Shown here piece by piece: positions 10,080-20,008 of a DNA stretch of 64,000 nt. Source of the DNA: Vicinamibacteria bacterium (lineage in GTDB: Bacteria; Acidobacteriota; Vicinamibacteria; Marinacidobacterales; Marinacidobacteraceae); the NCBI GenBank assembly GCA_964291235.2, contig OZ219815.1, forward strand, positions 192,001 through 256,000, read 5' to 3'. The notes beneath the pieces were generated by a model. It was not told the DNA's origin. It saw nothing but the letters and a program-made list of their open reading frames with translations, and searched no databases. The translations under genes were made by a program, and so were the position numbers. Each line of letters begins with the position of its first letter. Positions within the stretch are counted from its first letter, which is position 1.

Positions 10080-10322
10080 ATGCTGGTCAAAGTCACGTCG
10101 AAACGCCAGGTGACCTTTCCGGCGCGCGTGTTGGACGCTTTGGGCGCGAAGCCGGGCGACCGGCTCCTACTCGAAGAAACTGCGGAGGGTTTCCTCCTCT
10201 GCCCACGGCGGATTGACGCCGGCCGCCTGGCGCCCCTTCGCAAGAAACTCCGGCGCGGTCAAGGAAGTTTCGACGTCCACACCTTCTGCGAAGAACCACA
10301 TGACCCGTCACTTCGGGATTGA
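10080..10322 (+). CDS. AbrB/MazE/SpoVT-type antitoxin (VapB-like)
   Basis: KVTSKRQVTFPARVLDALGAKPGDRL swapped-hairpin signature; overlaps the PIN gene. Confidence 0.85.
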   Translation: MLVKVTSKRQVTFPARVLDALGAKPGDRLLLEETAEGFLLCPRRIDAGRLAPLRKKLRRGQGSFDVHTFCEEPHDPSLRD

Positions 10323-10698
10323 CACCTCCGTTCTCGTCAGGCTGCTCACCGGAGATCCGCCAGCGGAGTTTGACCGCTGCGCCAACGCCCTCCGGCATCT
10401 GATCGAGGCCGAGGACGCAGTGATACTGGCCTCGAATCAGGTCATCGGCGAGGCGTACATCGCCGTCCAGCACCACTACGGCGTATCGCGGGCCGACGCT
10501 CGCTCCGGTCTGCTGGATGTGCTGCAGAGCGGTCTCGTGGGAGCCTTGAACGGTCGTCCCGTCTTGACGGCTATTGAGGCATCCGATTCTCCCGGGCTCA
10601 TGGATCGGCTGATCACGGACGACTACGCGAGCAACTCGCTCGAGGTGCTGATGCTCGACCGCCGAATGGCTTCTCTCCCGTCCGCTCGCCTCTTGTAG
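10300..10698 (+). CDS. vapC: PIN-domain toxin (VapC-like)
   Basis: IDTSVLVRLL, VIGEAY, MDRLI and LDRR acidic PIN residues; ATG at 10300. Confidence 0.85.
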   Translation: MTRHFGIDTSVLVRLLTGDPPAEFDRCANALRHLIEAEDAVILASNQVIGEAYIAVQHHYGVSRADARSGLLDVLQSGLVGALNGRPVLTAIEASDSPGLMDRLITDDYASNSLEVLMLDRRMASLPSARLL

Positions 10699-10784
10699 TC
10701 CGACTCGTACCCGCGAAACTCGAGAAATCACCGACGGGACGACGCTTCTTCCGTTCACCCTGCGCTTTGGTAGAGGGGCCCGAC

Positions 10785-11225
10785 ATGAGCCAAACCACAA
10801 GATTCCTTGCCGCGTTCGTCGTCTACACGGTCATCGACCTGGCGTGGAGCATGTCGCCTCCAGCGGGGGCCATGTATGCGAACCTGCACGAGGCCAGCGG
10901 CAACGACTGGAGCTTCGGGAAACCGATGGAAACCTGGGGCGGTGTCGAGCTGGTTGCGCTGGTGGTGTTTTTCGCGCTGATCGCGCTCGCGAACAGCCAC
11001 CTGGCGATCGGGCCCGCCATCCGGGAGCGGAACCTCCAGCGGGCGATGAAGAACGGGTTCCTGCTGGGCTGCGCGGCCTACGCCACCTACGTCGTGCCGA
11101 TCTTCATGAGCATCGCCAACTGGCCGGCGGCCCTCATTCCCATCGACATCCTGACCGGGGGACTGCTGAGTCTCATCACCTCGGGGATCGTCACCTGGTG
11201 GGCGCTGCGCCGCCAGAGCGCCTGA
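10785..11225 (+). CDS. Small membrane protein, DUF2177-like
   Basis: VIDLAW, GFLLGCAAYATY, NWPAALIPIDILTGG; about four TM helices. Confidence 0.7.
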   Translation: MSQTTRFLAAFVVYTVIDLAWSMSPPAGAMYANLHEASGNDWSFGKPMETWGGVELVALVVFFALIALANSHLAIGPAIRERNLQRAMKNGFLLGCAAYATYVVPIFMSIANWPAALIPIDILTGGLLSLITSGIVTWWALRRQSA

Positions 11226-11290
11226 AGACGAACCGGCCGGCGTACGGTCTTCGACGAGCCTGCCCGCGGCGATCGTCGGGATGACGGGAG

Positions 11291-11559
11291 CGATGCCGGC
11301 CGGAGGCTGGCGGTCCTGAACCTGCGGGACATCGTCCCTGGCGGGAGCTACTCCGAGACGAGGACCACCCGCGAGTGTGAGGGTCCGTCCCGCCGCCCCG
11401 CTTTGCGGGGCTATGCCGGCCTGGAGGCCGGCGTTCCCGTGCCGTGGCGCCGCAGGGCTGATGGGCAATGGGACTTTCGCGGTCCTGCAGACCGCGATGC
11501 CGGCCGGAGGCCGGCGGTCCCAAAGCCCTGACCGGGCAGGCCCTGACGGACCTGCCCGG
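11291..11559. repeat. Cluster of three REP-like palindromes plus a hairpin between convergent genes
   Basis: TGCCGGCC(T)GGAGGC(C/T)GGCG(G/T)TCC at about 11294, 11414 and 11498; hairpin CCGGGCAGG...CCTGCCCGG at 11532-11559. Confidence 0.8.
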
Positions 11560-11574
11560 AGGGAAGTTGCTTCG

Positions 11575-14502
11575 CTAGAACGAGTAGCGGAGGGCTAGTT
11601 CGAACTGGCGGGAGGGGGCGTTGATGTTCGACGCCAGCGAACCCTCGTTGTCACCGAACCCGCTCGCGCGCAGGTTGCCGCTCGGATTCCCGAAGTTCGC
11701 CCGGTCGAAGGCGTTCAACACCTGGAAGACCAGCTCGACCCCGTGGGTCCCGCTGAGGTAGAAGTTCTTCGAAGCTCGGAAGTCAAAGTTCAGGAAGTTC
11801 GAGCAGGCGAAGTCGGTCACCGGCGTGCGGCCCTGGTCCTGGCGGTAAGCATTCGCCAGACCGAGATCCAGGTTGCGGCATCCGTAGGTGTTCGCCGCAC
11901 TGAAGCCCGGGGCCAGGTCGCCCGAATAGTCGTCACCGTTCAGGTTCGTTCCGGACGTCGCCAAGACAGGCAGCGGCGAGCGGTAGTCCATGATCGTGGA
12001 GACCCGGATGTCGCCCGGCAGCACCAGGATTGCGCTGCTGACCAGCCGGTGGCGGCGGTCGGTGCCGCCCGGATGGGTCACCCGCGTGTATCCGGGGAAA
12101 CGGCTGTCCCAACCCGACGGCTCGATGTTCCGGGTCCAGAATTCCGTCGTGTCGCTCTTCGCCAGCGTGTAGCTGACCAGGAACTGCCAGCCGTCCGCGT
12201 AGCGCTTCTCGAACTTGGCGTAAAACGCCTGGTAGTCGTGATCGAGGAGCGAGTAGGTGGCGTTCACGTTCCGGAACTGGGGCCAGGGGCGCACGCCATC
12301 GATCGCGTAGTTGAGGTTGATATTCCGCATGGCGTCGGCGCGGGTCGCCACCCGGGTCAGGTCGAGCGAGAGCGCCATGTCATCCCGGAACTGATGCGCG
12401 ACGCCCAGGTTGAAGTGGTGGGCGTAGGGCTGTTCGTAGTCGTTATCGAGGACCGTGATGTTGGGCGGCGCCGTGGAGACGAACTCCTCGCGGGAGCGCC
12501 CGCCGAGCGGGTCCAGGAAGTCGGGGTTGTTGATGACGATCGTCTGTCCCTGGTGCCACCAGCGCTCGCCGAAGTTCGTGAGCGTTCGGATGTTCTCGAA
12601 GAACTTGCCGTAGCCGCCCTTGACGGTGGTTCGGCCCGTGTTGTCCCCGGAGAGGTCGTACACGAAACCGATCCGCGGTCCCCAGTTGTTCTTGTCGCCC
12701 CGCGCGTCCGCGCCATCGTGCCACGGGATCGGCAGGGGGAACTGGATGTCCCGGATGTCCTCGTTGATGGGGCCCACCTGGAGGTCGTAGCGGAGCCCGA
12801 GATTCAGGGTAAGACGATCGCTCGTCACGTCGTCCTGGGTGTAGATCGAGAAGTGATGCACCGGGACCCGGTCGAAGCGCGGCTGGGTCTGGCTGTACTG
12901 GATCGGGTGCGTGTCGGGGTTGTTCGGATCGAACGGCTCGTTGGTATCGAAGATGAACCGGCCGTTGTAGCGGCCCGTGCTGTCCGCCTCGAAGTCGATC
13001 CAGTTGTAGTCCACCCCGAACTTGACCTGGTGAGCGCCGCCTGGCCCCTGGGTGAACCAGGTGAAGTCGTCCTTGAACTGCCAGCGGGTCTCGGGACCCA
13101 TCTGGTCGTTGCAGGAACCGGTGCGCAGGTCGGGTCGACGGATTTCCTGATCACAAAGCGCGAGCCGCTCAGCGTTGAAGTCGCCGGCGGCAAAGGATCC
13201 GTGGCTGAACGCGGGACTCACCTCGTACTTCGAAAACGCCCGCTGGAAGCGGAATTCGTTCAGCGAATTGGCGCCGGTTACCGAGGTCACCCCGAAGACT
13301 TCCGCGTTCCGCGGCACCGCGAAGTCGAACCCCTCGGTGGTGATGCCCCTGGCATTCAGGTTGGGCCGGTACTCGTTCTCCCACGCCACCCGCAGCCAGA
13401 TCGAGTGGTCCTCGTTGAGCTGGTGGTTGATCCGGCCGAGCCACATGTAGCGCCACTCGTCCTTCGGGAACGTGCCATCGAATTCCGGGAACACTCCACG
13501 CGTATCGATGTCGTAGAACAGTTCCTCGTTCGTCCGCTCGTAGGCGAAGAAGAAGTGGGTGCGATCCTCGACGATGGGGCCACCGAAGGAACCGCCGAAC
13601 TGGTGCCGGCGGTACTCCGGCTTCTGGAAGCTGGAATCGTTCGCAGCGAACTCCTTCTGCTGGTGGGTCAGCTCGGTGAGCGCCTTGTCGCGGAAGAACC
13701 AGAAGGCGCTTCCCGCGAAGTCGTTGGTTCCCGATTTGGTCACCACCGTCATGAGGCCGCCGGTCGCGAGCCCGTACTCCGCCTTGAAATTGCTGGTCGT
13801 AACCTGGAACTCGCCGATGGCGTCCATCGGGAAGTTCTGCCGCGCCTCGCCCATCTCGGCCCAGGTGTTGTTCACCCCGTCCACGATGAAGGCGTTCGCG
13901 TAGTAGCGGCCGCCGGCGCCCATGTTCACGTTGCCGCGGTAGTAGAAGCCGCGGATCGCGTCCTGACTCGTGCCCGGCGTCAGCAGCGCGAGGTCCACCC
14001 AGCGGCGGGAGGCCACCGGAAGATCCTGGATCTGGAGGTCGGAAACCGAAGTCGAGATGTCCGAACGGCGGGTGTCCAGCAGCGGCGCCGCCCCGGTGAC
14101 GGTGACCGTCTCCTCGACCTGGGCGAGCGCCAGTGACTGGTTCATGACGATCGTCTGCTGAATCGTCAGGATGACTCCGGTGGTCTCCACCGTCTGGAAG
14201 CCGCCGAGTTCGGCCCGGACCGTATAGGTCCCGGGCAGCAGCGCCGGCAGGCGGTAGTCGCCTGTTGCGTCGGAGACGGAACTCCGGGAGACCCCGGTGT
14301 CCTCGTTCACGGCGGTGACAGTGGCGCCAGGCAGGACGGCCCCCGTCGAGTCCATGACCTGGCCCTCGATCTGCCCGTACTGGGCGAGGGCCGGTGTCGC
14401 GAAGAGGAGGGCGACCATCAGCACGGCCGCCCACGAACAGATACAAGCTCTCCAGCACCTCCCATTGGGCACTGTCCTGCTGTATCTCGTCGTGGTGGCC
14501 AT
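11575..14502 (-). CDS. TonB-dependent receptor with N-terminal carboxypeptidase-regulatory-like domain (Oar-like)
   Basis: GQVMDSTGAVLPGATVT, AIGEFQVTTSNFKAEYG, VVTKSGTNDF, NWGPRIGF and C-terminal LRYSF. RBS AGGAGG upstream of the ATG at 14502. Confidence 0.92.
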   Translation of the reverse strand: MATTTRYSRTVPNGRCWRACICSWAAVLMVALLFATPALAQYGQIEGQVMDSTGAVLPGATVTAVNEDTGVSRSSVSDATGDYRLPALLPGTYTVRAELGGFQTVETTGVILTIQQTIVMNQSLALAQVEETVTVTGAAPLLDTRRSDISTSVSDLQIQDLPVASRRWVDLALLTPGTSQDAIRGFYYRGNVNMGAGGRYYANAFIVDGVNNTWAEMGEARQNFPMDAIGEFQVTTSNFKAEYGLATGGLMTVVTKSGTNDFAGSAFWFFRDKALTELTHQQKEFAANDSSFQKPEYRRHQFGGSFGGPIVEDRTHFFFAYERTNEELFYDIDTRGVFPEFDGTFPKDEWRYMWLGRINHQLNEDHSIWLRVAWENEYRPNLNARGITTEGFDFAVPRNAEVFGVTSVTGANSLNEFRFQRAFSKYEVSPAFSHGSFAAGDFNAERLALCDQEIRRPDLRTGSCNDQMGPETRWQFKDDFTWFTQGPGGAHQVKFGVDYNWIDFEADSTGRYNGRFIFDTNEPFDPNNPDTHPIQYSQTQPRFDRVPVHHFSIYTQDDVTSDRLTLNLGLRYDLQVGPINEDIRDIQFPLPIPWHDGADARGDKNNWGPRIGFVYDLSGDNTGRTTVKGGYGKFFENIRTLTNFGERWWHQGQTIVINNPDFLDPLGGRSREEFVSTAPPNITVLDNDYEQPYAHHFNLGVAHQFRDDMALSLDLTRVATRADAMRNINLNYAIDGVRPWPQFRNVNATYSLLDHDYQAFYAKFEKRYADGWQFLVSYTLAKSDTTEFWTRNIEPSGWDSRFPGYTRVTHPGGTDRRHRLVSSAILVLPGDIRVSTIMDYRSPLPVLATSGTNLNGDDYSGDLAPGFSAANTYGCRNLDLGLANAYRQDQGRTPVTDFACSNFLNFDFRASKNFYLSGTHGVELVFQVLNAFDRANFGNPSGNLRASGFGDNEGSLASNINAPSRQFELALRYSF

Positions 14503-14602
14503 GTTCGGCGGTCCTCCTAAGGGGAATGAAACGACGTGGTGATGCCCGGCCAAGTGACCGCGCGGTTCAGAAAGTGTCAGATCCGTTGATGGTCCTCCGC
14601 TC

Positions 14603-15103
14603 CTAATTGGCCTTGAACATGGCCATGAGGATGGTCTCGCCCCACTCGAAATGGAGCATGCCGTCGTTCCCCTGTCCGCCGAGGACGACCGTGAACTGTT
14701 CGCGGGTCTCACCGCCGTGGGTCATGAGCGGGATCTCGGCGATGTCCATCGAGGCGTCGTGCTCGGTGCCCCACTGGCCGGTCTGGGAGTTCACGAGCAA
14801 CATCCAGCCGTCGCCGCTCTTCTTCGCGAAGAGACTGTAGGAGCCGGCCGCCACCTTGGTCCCGGCAAAGTCGAGGTCGCCGCTGGTGGTCAGCGTGGTG
14901 GAGGCGTCGGCGCCTAGCCTCCAGACCATCCCGTCGGTGGCCTGGCCGAGCATGTCGCGCCCGCTCAGGCTCGGGCGGCCGTACTCGATCGAGACCTTGG
15001 CGTCGCCCACCATGGCCTCGGCGGTGCCTCGGGGGCTCTGGGCGAAGGCCGGGACAGCAAAGAGAAGGGCGGCAAGCGCGCCACCAAGAATTTGGGTTTT
15101 CAT
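14603..15103 (-). CDS. DUF2911 domain secreted protein
   Basis: QSPRG, IEYGRPS, VWRLGADAST, GSYSLF and QWGT. Confidence 0.85.
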   Translation of the reverse strand: MKTQILGGALAALLFAVPAFAQSPRGTAEAMVGDAKVSIEYGRPSLSGRDMLGQATDGMVWRLGADASTTLTTSGDLDFAGTKVAAGSYSLFAKKSGDGWMLLVNSQTGQWGTEHDASMDIAEIPLMTHGGETREQFTVVLGGQGNDGMLHFEWGETILMAMFKAN

Positions 15104-15140
15104 GTCAACTCCGTAGTAGATGAAGAATGAGAGGCAATAA

Positions 15141-15704
15141 TCAAACGCCAACCGGGATTCGCGCGGGAATGGCCTTCGAAGAGGCGCGGCGGCGAATGCC
15201 GATGACCCGGCCCTTTTCGGGCGGTTCCGGCATCCCCTCGAGGCGTCGGGAAATCTCTTCGAGCAGAGCGTAGTACTCGGCGGGCATCACGGCCGACCGG
15301 CGGGTTCGCATGTCCACGTAAACGCCGATGTGTTCGCAGGTCGCGGCGAGCACCGGCTCGCCGCCCGGGGATTCGGGTTCGCCGAACAGACGCAGAAAGG
15401 CGTGCATCAGCTTGTCGCTGAAATCGAGAAGCTGGTAGGTGACGAAGAACGGGCGACCCGGATGCAACTCGTGCTGGTAGGTGACGTGGTCCTCCAGCGC
15501 AAACGTGGACCCGTAGTCGTTGTCGTTGTCCCAGAGTCCGATGCGACTCAGCATGTGCTGCGTGGCCTGATCGAAGGCGCGCCGGTAATAGACGACGTTC
15601 ATGTGCCCGTTCCGGTCGGTCCAGTCGGGGGCGACGGTGCCCTCATAGATGCGGAATCCCCGCTCGGGATCGAGAACGAGGTCGGAAGGCAGGCGGAACG
15701 GCAT
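15141..15704 (-). CDS. Thioesterase family (hot-dog fold) protein
   Basis: WTDRNGHMNVVYY...FDQA and FALEDHVTYQHEL. Confidence 0.85.
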   Translation of the reverse strand: MPFRLPSDLVLDPERGFRIYEGTVAPDWTDRNGHMNVVYYRRAFDQATQHMLSRIGLWDNDNDYGSTFALEDHVTYQHELHPGRPFFVTYQLLDFSDKLMHAFLRLFGEPESPGGEPVLAATCEHIGVYVDMRTRRSAVMPAEYYALLEEISRRLEGMPEPPEKGRVIGIRRRASSKAIPARIPVGV

Positions 15705-15799
15705 CGCAGCCCGGTAGATTACGTGAACGGGGAGCCGGGGCTTCCGGACGGGTCCCATAATGGGACCTGCAGTTCTACGTTTCGTTCGCCGGCGGCGGG

Positions 15800-15826
15800 C
15801 GATGCCGGCCGGAGGCCGGCGCTCCA
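15800..15826. repeat. Single REP-like palindrome
   Basis: CGATGCCGGCCGGAGGCCGGCGCTCCA, same family as the copy at 11498. Confidence 0.7.
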
Positions 15827-15838
15827 GGGAGGATCGCC

Positions 15839-18013
15839 ATGGGCCCATCCGTTCTTTTCTGCCCGCGTGTGCAGCGCTTTGCCGTGCCGATCGCGCTGCT
15901 GGCCTTCGGGTGCGCCCCCGATTGGCCGCCTCCGCCACAAACCCGGGTCGAGGTGGTCACCGACACCATCCACGGAGTCGAGATCCCCGACCCCTACCGG
16001 TGGCTCGAGGATCAGGACAGCCCGGAGACCCGGGCGTGGATCGACGCCCAGAACGCGTACGCAGAGGAGATCGTCTCGGACGAGGCGCTCGAAGCCCGGC
16101 TCGCGGCCCGCCTGACCCAACTCATGGAGGTCGCCTCGGTCTCGGCGCCGCGGGAAGCCGGCGAGTACGAGCTGTTCACCCTGCGGCGGCCGGGAGAACT
16201 CCAGGCGCGCATCTACCGACGCGCGAAGCCCGAGGGCGAACCGACCGGGGAGCGACCCGAACCGGACGGGGACTACGAGCTGCTGCTCGACGCCCAGGCA
16301 CTCGGGTTCGACGACTGGGCGAGCGTCGACATCGTGGACATCTCTCCGGACGGGAAGCTGCTCCTCTACCGGATCCGGGACGGCGGGCTCGACGAAATCA
16401 TGGTGCGCCTCTTCGACCTCGAGACGCTCGAGGATCGGCCCGACCGGCTGCCCGAGGCGCTCTACGGAACCGTCGCCTTCGACGGGGCGGGCGAGGGCTT
16501 CTACTACATCCACCGTTCCCGGGAGGACGGTCCGAGGATCCGTCACCACCGGATCGGTACGGAAATGAGCGAGGACCGGGAGATCTTCGGCGAGGGGTAC
16601 GGCCCGGAGACGTTTCTCCGGGTGGAGGAGATCGAGGGGGGGCGCCTGTTGCTGCTCGGCGTCCAGCACGGCTGGATGCGGAACGACATCTTCGTGATGG
16701 ACCGGGCGAGCGGCGAAGTCCATTCGGTCATCGAGGACGAACGCGCTCACGTCAACGCCCGCTACGAGGAAGGTCGGCTGCTCCTCACGACCGACCTCGA
16801 CGCATCCAACTACCGGGTGGTCGCGGTCCCGACCGAAGGCGTGGATCCGTCCCGCTGGTCGGACCGCTCGCGGTGGACCGACTGGATCCCCGAGCAGGAG
16901 CACCTGCTGCGCGGCTATACGACGATCGGGGAGCGAACCTATGTGGAGCTGCTCGCGAACGTCGCCTCGCGCATCCTGGTCTTCGAGGCGGGGGATGAGG
17001 CGGGCGCGCCGCTCGAGGCGGTGGGCGAGGTTCCCCTGCCCGAGTACCACACCGCCAGCCTGAGCAGGCTGGGCGAGGACGGGGCGATGCTGACCCTCTC
17101 TTCGTTCACCGTCCCGCAGACCCGCTACCGGCTGGATCTGGCGACCTACGAGCGAGAACGCATCGAACCCGCCCGTCCGGAATACGACGGGAGCGACGTC
17201 CTCGTGGAACAGGTCTGGTACACGTCGAAGGACGGGACCGAGGCGCCGATGTACATCATGCGGCCGCGCGGGGTCGAACTCGACGGCAACCTGCCCACCC
17301 TGCTCCACGGCTACGGCGGCTTCAACGTAAGCGTTACCCCCTCCTTCCGGGCGCAGGCGGCGGTCTGGGTGGAAGCCGGAGGCGTCTTCGCGGTGGCGAC
17401 GCTGCGGGGCGGCAGCGAGTTCGGCGAGAGCTGGCACCGGGACGGCATGCTGGAGAACAAGCAAAACGTCTTCGACGACTTCATTTCCTCAGCGGAGTGG
17501 CTGATCGAAAACGGCTACACGAACCCGGAACGGCTCGCGATCATGGGAGGGAGCAACGGCGGCCTGCTGGTGGCCAGCTCCTTCACCCAGCGGCCCGAGC
17601 TCTTCCGCGCGGTGTACTGCGGGTTCCCCGACCTCGACATGGTCCGCTTCTACACCTTCACCCACGCGAACAACATGCCGGCGCTACTGGAATACGGAAA
17701 CGCCGGAATCCCGGAACAGTTCGAGTTCCTGCGGCAGTACTCGCCCTACCAGGCGGTAAGGGACGGGACCGACTACCCCGCGGTGATGTTCACCCAGGGC
17801 GACCTCGACACCCGGGTGCCGCCGCTCCAGGGCCGGAAGATGGCGGCGCGGGTGCAGGCGGCGTCGTCGTCAGGCCTGCCGGTGATCCTCCGCTATCGCC
17901 CGCGGGCCGGGCACGCCGGGGGCCGCAGCCGGGTCCCGGACCGGGCGATGGACACCGCCTTTCTGATGATGCAGCTCGGCATGACCTACGGGGAGGAGTC
18001 CGCCCAGCCTTAG
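15839..18013 (+). CDS. Prolyl oligopeptidase (S9A), probable lipoprotein
   Basis: DPYRWLED, GYGGFNVS, GGSNGGLL (catalytic Ser), DTRV (Asp) and AGHAGG (His). Confidence 0.93.
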   Translation: MGPSVLFCPRVQRFAVPIALLAFGCAPDWPPPPQTRVEVVTDTIHGVEIPDPYRWLEDQDSPETRAWIDAQNAYAEEIVSDEALEARLAARLTQLMEVASVSAPREAGEYELFTLRRPGELQARIYRRAKPEGEPTGERPEPDGDYELLLDAQALGFDDWASVDIVDISPDGKLLLYRIRDGGLDEIMVRLFDLETLEDRPDRLPEALYGTVAFDGAGEGFYYIHRSREDGPRIRHHRIGTEMSEDREIFGEGYGPETFLRVEEIEGGRLLLLGVQHGWMRNDIFVMDRASGEVHSVIEDERAHVNARYEEGRLLLTTDLDASNYRVVAVPTEGVDPSRWSDRSRWTDWIPEQEHLLRGYTTIGERTYVELLANVASRILVFEAGDEAGAPLEAVGEVPLPEYHTASLSRLGEDGAMLTLSSFTVPQTRYRLDLATYERERIEPARPEYDGSDVLVEQVWYTSKDGTEAPMYIMRPRGVELDGNLPTLLHGYGGFNVSVTPSFRAQAAVWVEAGGVFAVATLRGGSEFGESWHRDGMLENKQNVFDDFISSAEWLIENGYTNPERLAIMGGSNGGLLVASSFTQRPELFRAVYCGFPDLDMVRFYTFTHANNMPALLEYGNAGIPEQFEFLRQYSPYQAVRDGTDYPAVMFTQGDLDTRVPPLQGRKMAARVQAASSSGLPVILRYRPRAGHAGGRSRVPDRAMDTAFLMMQLGMTYGEESAQP

Positions 18014-18024
18014 AAAACGGTGCG

Positions 18025-19647
18025 TTATCCCAAGGTCGGGGTGAGGGTCGGCGCCCGGCGCTGCTGGGTCGCCTGCTCGTAGGCGTAGGCGATCCGGATC
18101 AGCACCGGCTCACTCCAGGCGCGCCCAAAGAAGGAAACGCCCGCCGGCAACCCTGAGACGAACCCCATGGGCACGCTGATGTCCGGGTAGCCCGCGATGG
18201 CGGCCGGCCCGGCGCTGCTGCCGCCGTCGAGCCGGTCACCCTTGATGTGGTCGGTGACCCAAGGCAGGTCGCGGGTGGGCGCGACGATCGCGTCGAGTTG
18301 GTGCTCGTCCATGAGGGCGTCGATGCCGTCCTCCCGGTTGGCGCGCTGGATGGTCTGCTTCGCGTTCAGGTAGGCCTCGTCGGTCAGCGGGCCGCGGGCC
18401 TCGGACGCGATCATGCGCTGCTGCCCGAAATGGGGCATCTCCAGATCGGCGTTTTGCTCGTTGAACTCGATGATGTCGGCAAGAGTCTTCACCCGGACGT
18501 CGGGCCCCAGGGTTGCCAGATAGGCGTTCAGGTCGGCCTTGAACTCGTACTCGAGGAGGAGCAGGGGAAGTTCGTCGTTCCAGGCAGCCTCGGGCAAGTT
18601 CGCGGGATCCACGACCACCGCTCCCGCGTCGGCCATCGCCTGGATCGCATCCTCGAAGAGCGCCGTGACCCGCGGATCGAAGCCGGTGAAACTGCGCGCC
18701 ACGCCGATGCGCGCTCCCTGGAGGCCTGCCGGATCGCAGAACTGCGCGTAGTCGGTGTGGAAGTTGCCTTCGCTGCGAGAGGTGGCCTCGTCGCGCGGGT
18801 CCACGCCCACGGCTCCCCCCAGCAGGACGGCCGCATCGCGCACGGTGCGCGTCATGGGCCCCGCGGTGTCCTGGGAGTGGGAGATGGGGATGATCCCGGA
18901 GCGGCTCCAGAGGCCCACCGTGGGTTTGATGCCCACGATGCCGTTACTGGACGAGGGACACATGATGGAGCCGCCCGTTTCGGTACCCACCGTCAGAGCG
19001 CACAGGTTGGCGGAGGCCGCCGCCCCCGAGCCGGAACTCGACCCGCACGGGTTGCGGTCGAGGGCGTAGGGGTTCTTGCACTGGCCGCCCCGGGCACTCC
19101 AGCCGCTGGTCGCCCGCTCCCCGCGGAAGTAGGCCCATTCGCTCATGTTGAGCTTGCCCAGGATGATGGCGCCGGCCGCGCGCAGGCGCTCGGCCACGAA
19201 GGAATCCTGCGGCGGGATGGAGCCCTCGAGGGCGAGCGACCCCGCCGTGGTGGTCATCCGGTCGTGGGTGTCGAGGTTGTCCTTGAGCGCGACCGGGATT
19301 CCGTGGAGCGGCCCACGGACGCCTCCGGCGCTGCGCTCCGCGTCGAGTTCGTCAGCGATCTCGAGCGCGTCCGGGTTGATCTCGATCATCGAGCGCAGCT
19401 CGGGACCCTGCCGGTCCAGAGCTTCGATGCGCCCGAGGTACGCCTCCGTGATGGAGCGGGCGGTGTGTTCGCCCGACTCCATCAGGCGCTGGAGGTCGGC
19501 GGCGGTGATCTCATCGAATTCGAACGGCGGGATCTCCTGCGTGGTGGAGGCCGATGGCGCGTCCGAGGCGGACGGGGCACAGGCGAGGTTCGCGGTCAGG
19601 CCGGCGCCGCCGGCTGCGGTTGTCTTCAGGAATGCTCTTCGGTCCAT
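18025..19647 (-). CDS. Amidase (amidase signature family) with Tat signal
   Basis: MDRRAFLK twin-arginine signal, GPLHGIPVALKDN, GSSSGSG and GTETGGSI. Confidence 0.92.
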   Translation of the reverse strand: MDRRAFLKTTAAGGAGLTANLACAPSASDAPSASTTQEIPPFEFDEITAADLQRLMESGEHTARSITEAYLGRIEALDRQGPELRSMIEINPDALEIADELDAERSAGGVRGPLHGIPVALKDNLDTHDRMTTTAGSLALEGSIPPQDSFVAERLRAAGAIILGKLNMSEWAYFRGERATSGWSARGGQCKNPYALDRNPCGSSSGSGAAASANLCALTVGTETGGSIMCPSSSNGIVGIKPTVGLWSRSGIIPISHSQDTAGPMTRTVRDAAVLLGGAVGVDPRDEATSRSEGNFHTDYAQFCDPAGLQGARIGVARSFTGFDPRVTALFEDAIQAMADAGAVVVDPANLPEAAWNDELPLLLLEYEFKADLNAYLATLGPDVRVKTLADIIEFNEQNADLEMPHFGQQRMIASEARGPLTDEAYLNAKQTIQRANREDGIDALMDEHQLDAIVAPTRDLPWVTDHIKGDRLDGGSSAGPAAIAGYPDISVPMGFVSGLPAGVSFFGRAWSEPVLIRIAYAYEQATQQRRAPTLTPTLG

Positions 19648-19676
19648 GGGTGTTCTCCCGTTCGGCGCAGCATATA

Positions 19677-19975
19677 GGTCCGTCCCGTCGCCCCGCTTCG
19701 CGGGGCTGTGCCGGCCTGGAGGCCGGCGTTCCCGTGCCTGGGCGACACCAAGGCTACGGGGATCCACGCCGAGAGGGGAACCATCCTGTCGCTTGGGGGG
19801 TCCGTCCCGCCGCCCGCCTGCGGCGGGCTGTGCCGGCCTGGAGGCCGGCGTTCCCGTGCCTGGGCGACACCAAGGCTACGGGGATCCACGCCGAGAGGGG
19901 AACCGTCTTGGCGCTGGGGGGTCCGTCCCGCCGCCCCGCTTCGCGGGGCTGTGCCGGCCTGGAGGCCGGCGTTCC
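19677..19975. repeat. Tandem array of about 2.5 copies of a ~122-bp REP-containing unit
   Basis: Units begin GGTCCGTCCCG at 19677, 19799 and 19920; each has two hairpins. Confidence 0.9.
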
Positions 19976-20008
19976 AAGCCGCCCGGGGCGGTTGGTGTTT
20001 CCCCTGGA

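Noticed and set aside
10080-10698. TA pairs as markers of a prophage or genomic island
   Set aside because: No integrase, att site, tRNA or phage genes were seen, and both pairs look like solitary chromosomal modules.
19765-19790. GGGGAACC motif as a c-di-AMP (ydaO) riboswitch
   Set aside because: The other conserved ydaO elements are missing and the motif is part of the dispersed repeat.
19677-19975. Possible CRISPR array
   Set aside because: The inter-repeat sequences are near-identical rather than unique spacers, the period is about 122 bp, there are no cas genes, and the unit recurs as a dispersed repeat.
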